Source of the DNA: Octopus vulgaris
Taxonomy: Eukaryota
Reading direction: 5' to 3'
DNA length: 64,000 bases
NCBI GenBank assembly: GCA_951406725.2
Contig: OX597830.1
Span: 22,816,001 to 22,880,000, forward strand
This document shows, in pieces, positions 55,583 to 64,000 of the stretch; positions within the stretch are counted from its first letter, which is position 1; the number at the start of each line of letters is the position of its first letter. The position numbers and the translations under genes are program-made. The notes under the pieces were generated by a model, which worked only from the letters and a program-made list of their open reading frames with translations, was not told the origin of the DNA and made no database searches.

Positions 55583-56799
55583 CAATTATAGATAAAGGCA
55601 AAAGTAAAAGTTTTCTATGCCAATTTGCTGAAAAATAGACTTTAAATCGTCTAACCACATACAATACTATTCACTATAAATTCTTATCGTGTTCCACCCT
55701 GATGAAGGAAGAATCCTTTTGAAGATGACGGAATTTAAAGATTTTCTGTTAGCTTGCTTTCCTCGTTTCAACACGCTTCGTATGTACAGTGAACAATATT
55801 GTATGTGGTTAGACGATCTAAAGTCTATTTTTCATCATATTGGTATAGAACATTTTTTTCTTTTGCCCTTATTTATAATTGTTTATAATTTTCACCTTAA
55901 GAGGTATTTTAATATGTTGGCCACTGACGTGTTGCAGGATTTTTGGTGTGAATGAAACAGATATTTTGTATTTCGGGATTCTTTTATTTTTTATTCTTTT
56001 ACTTGTTTCAGTCATTTGACTGCGGCCATGTTGGAGCACCGCCTTTAGTCGAACAAATCGATCTCACCGGGACTTATTCTTTGTAAACCTAGTACTTATT
56101 CTATCGTTCTCTTTTGCCAAACCGCTAGGTTACGGGGGATGTAAACACACTACCATCGGTTGTCAAGCGATGGTCTGTGGCTTACGATTGGCTATAATTA
56201 TCAAAATTTGCAAACTTTAATGACTAATAACTCTTTATTTATTGATTTATAGCGAAAATTACTTTCACGTCATTAATTAGCTTATAAAAGTGTATCATTA
56301 CACTGAATATGAAATCAATTCGAACAGAAAATTGACGCTGGCAGCCGCTGGCAACCAAACAGACAAGATCCGAACCGGCTGCCATTTCTCCCTAGATATT
56401 CCGCAGTCTTACTCTAAGAGATCGTTTATTGTTTTTTTCTTTTGCTGTCTTTTGCTTCTTCTAGTTGTTTCAGTTATCAAATAGCGGCCATGCTAGGGCA
56501 TCGCTTTCATCGATCCTTATACTTAAATGTTTAAAGTTTGGTACTTATTCTATCGCGTTTTTTTTTTGCCGAACAGGTTAGCTTAAGAGAACGTAAGTAA
56601 ACCAACACCAGTTGTCAAACTACGGCTGACAGACAGACAGACACACGTCTTAAGTGCCATATTGTAGAACTGAACCTGAAACCATGTGGGTCAGATGCAA
56701 ATTTCTTACCACACAGACATGTAAAAAAATATATGAGGTCGTTTAATTTAAATTCACAACGACCACTAAAATGAATTTTAGCACGCTACTTCACCCAAC

Positions 56800-57830
56800 A
56801 AACCACTTCAAGCCACATCCCTACCCGTTTCTTCTACCTATGAACACCACCCAAACACATTACCAACTTCTACCCACATCCCTACCCGTTTCTACCCACT
56901 TCTCTATCCACTTCTACCTGTGAACACTACCCACTTCTACCCAAACACCCTACCCACTTCTTCTACCGCATCCCTACCCACATCTACCTATGAACGCTAC
57001 CCATTTCCACTCAAACACGCTACCCACTTCTTCTACCCGCATACCTACCCAATTCTACCCAAACGCGCTACCCCCCTCATCTACCTGCATCCCTACCCAT
57101 ATCTACCTATGAACGCTACCCACTTCTACCGCATCCCTATCCACATCTACCTATGAATGCTACCAATTCCACCCAAACACGCTACCCACTTCTTCTACCC
57201 GCATCCCTACCCACATCTATCTATGAACTACCCACTTCTTCTACTCGCATACCTACCCACATCTACCTATGAACGCTACCCACTTCTACCCAAACACGCT
57301 ACCTATTTCTCCTACCCTCATACCTGCCAACATCTACCTATGAACGCTACCCACTTCCACCCAAACATGCTACCCACAACTACCGCATCGCTACCCACAT
57401 CTACCTATGAACGCTACCCAATTCTACCCAAACGCGCTACCCCCTTCTTCTACCTGCATCCCTACCCACATCTATCTATGAACGCTACCCACTTCCACCC
57501 AAACACGCTACCCACTTCTACCCAAACGCACGCGTTACCTACTTCTCCTACCCGCATACCCACCATATCTACCTATGAACGCTACCCACTTCCACCTAAA
57601 AACGCTACCCACTTCTTCTACCCGCATACCTATCCACATCTACCTATGAACGCTACCCAATTCTACCCAAACGCGCTACCCCCTTCTTCTACCTGCATCC
57701 CTACCCACATCTACCTATGAATGCTACCCACTTCTACCCAACCATGCAACCCATTTCTATCCACACACGCTCCCACATTTACTCACAAACACTACCAACT
57801 TCTTCCACTCAGAAGCACTACCCACATCTA
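56800..57830. repeat. ~71-bp minisatellite built from CTACCC subunits (roughly a dozen diverged copies)
   Basis: Unit TGAACGCTACCCACTTCTACCCAAACACGCTACCCACTTCTTCTACCCGCATCCCTACCCACATCTACCTA. Confidence 0.9.
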
Positions 57831-58159
57831 CCCTCAAACTTTTTCTACCCCCAATTTTTTTTTTACCCGTGGATATTGCCACATCCCGCTAAGAGCCGTT
57901 ACAGGAGTCGATCGACCTGCTAGAAATTGCAGTCAAATCTTCATTTAGCTATTCTCTACCGTCTCAGACTCTTAAACTAACTGGATTCTCTTTGGTCTTT
58001 TGTATGTGTACGTCTCCTTCTCTTTCCTCCTTCTCTCCTTTTTTCTCCCCCCCTCTCTCTCTCCTTTTCTCTTTCTCTCTGTATGAGTGTGTTGTGTATA
58101 TAATGTTGAGTATATATATGGGTTGTGTTTCCTGCGTTTAAGAGTGTGTGTGCGTTAGT

Positions 58160-58206
<47 letters not shown>

Positions 58207-59604
58207 TGTGTGTGTGTGAGTTGATTTGTGAGAACATTCTAAAGAACACGACTCATACATACAACACATGTATGTAGGTATGTATGTATGTTTGCATGTA
58301 TGTGTGTATACATATATATATTACATTACATAACTGTATAGGTATATATGTGTGTTTGAGTATACACACATACATACACACATGCACACACACACACTCA
58401 CACACACATAATACACATACACGCACACATACATACACATACACAGCGACACATTGGATGATACAGTTTCACTGCTTGAAAAGAAAAATCAAATCAAATC
58501 AAATGACAGGTTGATCACGACCGGAACGCCTTTAACCAAGTGTCTTACTCGCTCAGGACCGACCATGGGCTAAACAACAACATCCTGCCACTACTCGACC
58601 AAAAGGACAGTGAAGCCTTTATAATTACGTCTACTTACTTCAACATCCTGTTTGAAAACAATGTTGTTATTGTTGTTGCTGAAGTGTAGCCTCAGACCAG
58701 CTCTGTTAGAAAGCAAGAATATGATTAATGGCGTTCCAACTGTGGCCATTCCGTAATTTATTTGTCATTTTTTGTTCCGACCTTGAAGTATACTATGGAC
58801 TAATTCGTTCCATGTGTCTCTTGTTTCTAAGATAGTTAGTTGTGTGGCATTTGAGAGAGATTTGGTTACTATTTCTAGCAGGCTTACGGCTATGTAGAGA
58901 CTCTCTCTGTTGTTACCGTTGTTGGCTAAACACATTCCAGTCGTGACCATTCCGTCTTTTTTCGGACAATGTATATCTTAGACTATTCGATGTGCCTGTT
59001 CTTTCGAAGGAAACAACTGCCTGAGATTTGAGGGAGATTTGGTTGCTATTTTTAGCAGGTCGAGCGACCATGAAGATCCTCTTCTATTAATGTTGTTACT
59101 GTTGATCAAAAACGTACCGACCGTGATCAGTCCGCCTTTATTCTGGCAGAGTGCATCTATGTGAGATTTGAGGTAGATTTGTCTCTTATTTCTAGCAGGT
59201 CGATCAGCCACACAGGCAGCTTCAGTTGTTGCTGTTATGGATTAAACACGTTGTTCCAACCATGACCTTTCTGTACTTTTTCGGCCGTAATGTGGATTAC
59301 TACTTTATTCAATATGTTCGTTCTTTCTAATGTAACTGTGTGGGATGTAGCTGTTATTTCTTGCATGTCGAGTAGTCATGTAGAGGCATCCCGGCTGATG
59401 TCGATGTTGTTGTTTGCCGTTGCAGCTGCTGCTGCTGCTGCTATTTTTTTTTGTTTTTTGCTTCTGTTTCCCCTTCAGCTGAGACCTGATGAGAGAGCAA
59501 AGCAATGAGATAAGTTTCAGGACTTATCAATCACCATCACTATCATCATAACGAAATCTTCTGGAATTTAAGATGGGACTCCTTGTTCATATATATAGAA
59601 AAGT

Positions 59605-59989
59605 GGAGGCGCAATGGCCCAGTGGTTAGGGCAGCGGACTCGCGGTCGTAGGATCGCGGTTTCGATTCCCAGACCGGGCGTTGTGAGTGTTTATTGAGCG
59701 AAAACACCTAAAAGCTCCACGAGGCTCCGGCAGGGGATGGTGGTGATCCCTGCTGTACTCTTTCACCACAACTTTCTCTCACTCTTACTTCCTGTTTCTG
59801 TTGTACCTGTATTTCAAGGGGCCGGCCTTGTCACTCTCTGTGTCACGCTGAATATCCCCGAGAACTACGTTAAGGGTACACGTGTCTGTGGAGTGCTCAG
59901 CCACTTACACGTTAATTTCACGAGCAGGCTGTTCCGTTGATTCGGATCAACCGGAACCCTCATCGTCGTAACCGACGGAGTGCTTCCTA
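59605..59989 (+). mobile_element. SINE family D, full length with a 12-bp TSD
   Basis: tRNA head TGGCCCAGTGGTTAGG...GGTTTCGATTCC, and TSD ATATAGAAAAGT at 59593-59604 and 59990-60001. Confidence 0.92.
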
Positions 59990-60144
59990 ATATAGAAAAG
60001 TATGCATTCTTTCCTTATTATTCTGTACACTGTATGCCCCCTTTCTTTTACTTGTTTCAGTCATTTAACTGTGGCCATGCTGGAGCATCGCCTTTAGTCG
60101 AGTTTATGAAAATTTAAGTAATAAAGGTGTATAAATATATACTC

Positions 60145-60515
60145 TTTACTCTTTACTCTTTTACTTGTTTCAGTCATTTGACTGCGGCCATGCTGGAGCA
60201 CCGCCTTTAGTCGAGCAACTCGACTCCGGGACTTATTCTTTGTAAGCCCAGTACTTATTCTATCGGTCTCTTTTTGCCGAACCGCTAAGTGACGGGGACG
60301 TAAACACACCAGCATCGGTTGTCAAGCAATGCTAGGGGGACAAACACAGACACGCAAACACACACACATATACATATATACATATATACGACAGGCTTCT
60401 TTCAGTTTCCGTCTACCAAATCCACTCACAAGGCATTGGTCGGCCCGGGGCTATAGCAGAAGACACTTGCCCAAGATGCCATGCAGTGGGCCTGAACCCG
60501 GAACCATGTGGTTGG
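60145..60515 (-). mobile_element. SINE-A
   Basis: Family consensus match. Confidence 0.85.
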
Positions 60516-60859
60516 TTATACAAAATAAATATGGAAAGGGTAATATAATAGGTAAAAGTATATATATTTTTGAATGTATGTATAATATAACTACGATACA
60601 GCATTCATATATATAGAGATATAACAAAAATACATCAAAAATATATAGTAAAATAATAGAGAATAGAAAAATAAATGGGCATATTAGAAATCCCCTAAGG
60701 CAAGAATCACATATATTTGCACGCTGATATCTGTGGATATTCAACTTTATGTTTGAATTATTCTAATTAATTTTTAAAGTTTGAATCGAAACAGCTGTCA
60801 GAGATTATGTCTATTTTTGTAATTAAAAAATACTTATTAATTGATTTATCTCGATTTTC

Positions 60860-60959
<100 letters not shown>

Positions 60960-61143
60960 ACATTTAAAAATTTAAAAATTTAAAAATATAAAAATTAAAA
61001 AATTTTAAATCATAATAATTAAAATTTTTAATTTTATATTTTATATATATTATATATTATATTAATTATATTTATTTTTTATGTTTTGGTTTATGTCTAT
61101 GACTGTTTGAGTTGCCTAATAGTGGTTTTGTCTCTAATTTAAT

Positions 61144-61227
<84 letters not shown>

Positions 61228-61399
61228 AAACAAGTTAAAAGTGTGGTTTGTTAGCAATTAGAAACTAAATCAAAATTAATAGAGGTCACCAAAGTGACAG
61301 AGGGTACTGGCTAGCACCGCTTTTGCTAAATAGTTAAAGAGTTAGAATAACTCAAAAGCCCAAAATGCACTGTCTTAATATATATATATGGTTCAAAAT

Positions 61400-61575
61400 T
61401 GTGCGAAAAATAAAAAAAAGACAGAGACAGGTGAGTAACAACAAACAAGATGTATTAGTTTCACGCTCAGGGAAAATGGAAGAATCTTTTTGACGTTTCG
61501 AACCTATATCATCAACAGAAAGGAATGAAGAAAGAAAACAGATGAGGAGAAGAGAAAAAACGGAGAAAGAAAATA
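61400..61575 (-). mobile_element. Penelope-type terminal remnant related to 28550-28965, with an HHR-like motif at 61486-61523
   Basis: Reverse complement reads CTTT-CTGTTGA-TGATATAGGTTC-GAAAC-GTC-AAAA. Flanked by (TA)n. Confidence 0.55.
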
Positions 61576-61609
61576 AACGTGGCTGTATTAAAGCTTGAGC
61601 ATGTTGAAT

Positions 61610-61743
<134 letters not shown>

Positions 61744-61873
61744 GAGAGACTACATTTTGATCTTATAGATATGAACTTCTATATACACATATATATTTAT
61801 GTATATACATATGTATAGTATATATGTGTGTATATATATATATATATGTATGTAAATATATATATATATATAA

Positions 61874-62258
61874 CTAGCAGTATCGCCCGGCGTTGCTCAG
61901 GTTTGTAAGGGAAATAACTATAAAGCATTTTTAGAGAGTTATAGCCAAAAAATAGCAAAAAAATGGAAAAAAATGATGGTAAATTTTTTTTTGAGATTTA
62001 AAAAAGGTAGAGTTGCGTCCCCTACACAGTTTGTGGTTCGTATTCCTGATTCTCGACCCCATGTCGAATTTATCGATTTTTTTCAGAACTGGGGGAACTT
62101 TTCAAAATTTTCGCTGCGTTAGTTTTGAATTATGACATTGGGCTATGTGTGTGTCAAGTTTCATCAGAATCGGTTGAAAGCCGTGGTCAGGGTGAGGGTA
62201 CAAGCAAACAGACACACAGAAACACGCACAGACAAACTGCCGTTTATATAGAGAGAGA
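61874..62258 (-). mobile_element. Non-autonomous Helitron
   Basis: The minus strand starts A|TC and ends with the GC hairpin CCTGAGCAACGCCGGG followed by CTAG|T. It is inserted in an AT dinucleotide with no TSD. Confidence 0.8.
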
Positions 62259-62335
62259 TTCACGCAAACCAAGGTCATACTGATAAATAAATAATATACG
62301 TATATACATTCATACATGAATACATACATAGACAC

Positions 62336-62442
<107 letters not shown>

Positions 62443-62691
62443 CACACACTCCTGTCTAGTACTTTTTCACTTGTATACCTATGCATGCATGGTTTTGTAT
62501 GTATGTGTGTGTATGTTTGTATGTATGTGTATGTATGTTTGTATCATGTATGTATGTATGTATGTATGCATGTATGTACGTACGTACGTATGTATGTATG
62601 CATGTATCTGTGTATATCATTTATTAGTGTGACCTTGGTTAGCTGAATTTGAGATGGAAGTGTTGTTTACTGTTGGTTTCAACCTTACTAT

Positions 62692-62759
<68 letters not shown>

Positions 62760-63097
62760 GTTGTAGTTGTTGTTGTTGTTGTTGTTGTTTGCTTACTACG
62801 GGAAGAGGAAATTCTTGTCGAATCTGTTTTTGCTGAGCAACAAATAAAATTCTACACTTTCAACTGATAAGGAGCTGTTCTTTTGTTTTCCTTTTCTTGC
62901 AGAGTGAGCTGGTTTGCGTGTGTACGTTGATGCCTATGCTTAGTTCGTTGCTTGTGGCGTGGCCTTATCATAAACAAGAATGCTGTATGTTGTTGATGTT
63001 GCTGTTTGTTGTTTAGTCCCAGGCCATAAGTGCAGGAACGAAATTTGTTTAGAGGGTGCGGACCCAGGGCCAATTTAAAAAATCTTTTTTTACAAAT

Positions 63098-63263
63098 AGG
63101 CGCAGGAGTGGCTGTGTGGTAAGTAACCTGCTTACCAACCACACTGTTCCGGGTTCAGTCCCACTGTGTGGCACCTTGGGGAAGTGTCTACTGCTATAGC
63201 CTCGGGCCGACCAAAGCCTTGTGAGTGGATTTGGTAGACAGAAACTGAAAGAAGCCTGTCGTA

Positions 63264-63302
<39 letters not shown>

Positions 63303-63529
63303 CTGTGTGTTTGTGTGTCTGTGTTTGTCCTCCCAACATCGCTTGACAACCGTTGCTGGTATGTTTACGTCCCCGTTACTTAGCGGTTCGGCAAAAAAGA
63401 CCGATAGAATAAGTACTAGGCTTACAAAGAATAAGACCTGGGGTTGATTTGCTCGACTAAAAGGCGGTGCTCCAGCATGGCCGCAGTCAAATGACTGAAA
63501 CAAGTGAAAGAGAGTAAAAGAGAGTAAAG
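63098..63529 (+). mobile_element. SINE-A, full length
   Basis: Family consensus match. Confidence 0.9.
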
Positions 63530-63565
63530 CCGAATTTTTCAATCTCAATATCAAATGAAATAAAG

Positions 63566-63777
63566 AGCGGCGAACTGGTGGAATCGTTTGCACGCCGGGC
63601 AAAATGCTTAGCGGCATTTCGTCCGGCTTTATGTTCGGATTTCAAATGCCGCCGTAGTCGAGTTTGCCTTTTATCCTTTCGGGGTCAATAGAATAAGTAC
63701 AAGTGGAGCACTGCGGTCCATCTAATCGACTCACCACACCCACTAAAATTTCAGGCCTTGTGCCTATAGTAGAAAGG

Positions 63778-63780
<3 letters not shown>
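63566..63780 (+). mobile_element. SINE-B monomer followed by an (ATT)n tail
   Basis: Family consensus match. Confidence 0.8.
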
Positions 63781-63837
<57 letters not shown>

Positions 63838-64000
63838 GAGTGAGAGAGCAGTGCATGCCATCAAAGTGACACTGGGGTAAAATATACGAAGCCCAGCATA
63901 CCCATCATGACTACCCGTCTGATAAGGGTACACCAGGCACTTGCATCACAACCATATGTGCGCGACATGGTGATTTCATATCAAGATAAACAGCACATGA

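Noticed and set aside
55695-55730. HHR at CTGATGAAGGAAGAATCCTT
   Set aside because: No GAAA-stem III-UH follows the hairpin.
56920-57948. His/Pro/Tyr-rich ORFs
   Set aside because: They are frames of the 71-bp minisatellite, with stops and indels between units.
59605-59680. Functional tRNA gene (also 54352-54420)
   Set aside because: These are SINE heads continuous with a SINE body and flanked by TSDs, with no proper acceptor stem.

Overview
Repeat-saturated, AT-rich eukaryotic DNA with no supportable host protein-coding exon. The SINE repertoire and the very dense (TA)n/(CA)n/(TATG)n microsatellites suggest an octopod cephalopod genome, but this is inference. Most of the supplied ORFs are translations of microsatellites or SINEs. 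Recognisable content: dozens of copies of about four tRNA-derived SINE families (several with clean target-site duplications); a decayed Penelope-like element (RT plus GIY-YIG); decayed Tc1/mariner transposons (maT-like, Tc1 DD34E and mariner); RLE-type, Tx1/L1-type and other LINE fragments; a non-autonomous Helitron; a tRNA-Asn pseudogene; and minisatellites. The most striking signal is about 12 hammerhead-ribozyme (HHR)-like motifs, mostly beside (TA)n tracts. Two of these sit in long palindromic insertions (35.9 kb and 40.5-41.0 kb) that carry HHR cores on both strands. An orphan intronless ORF followed by tandem repeats carrying a Pol III B-box-like motif opens the window.
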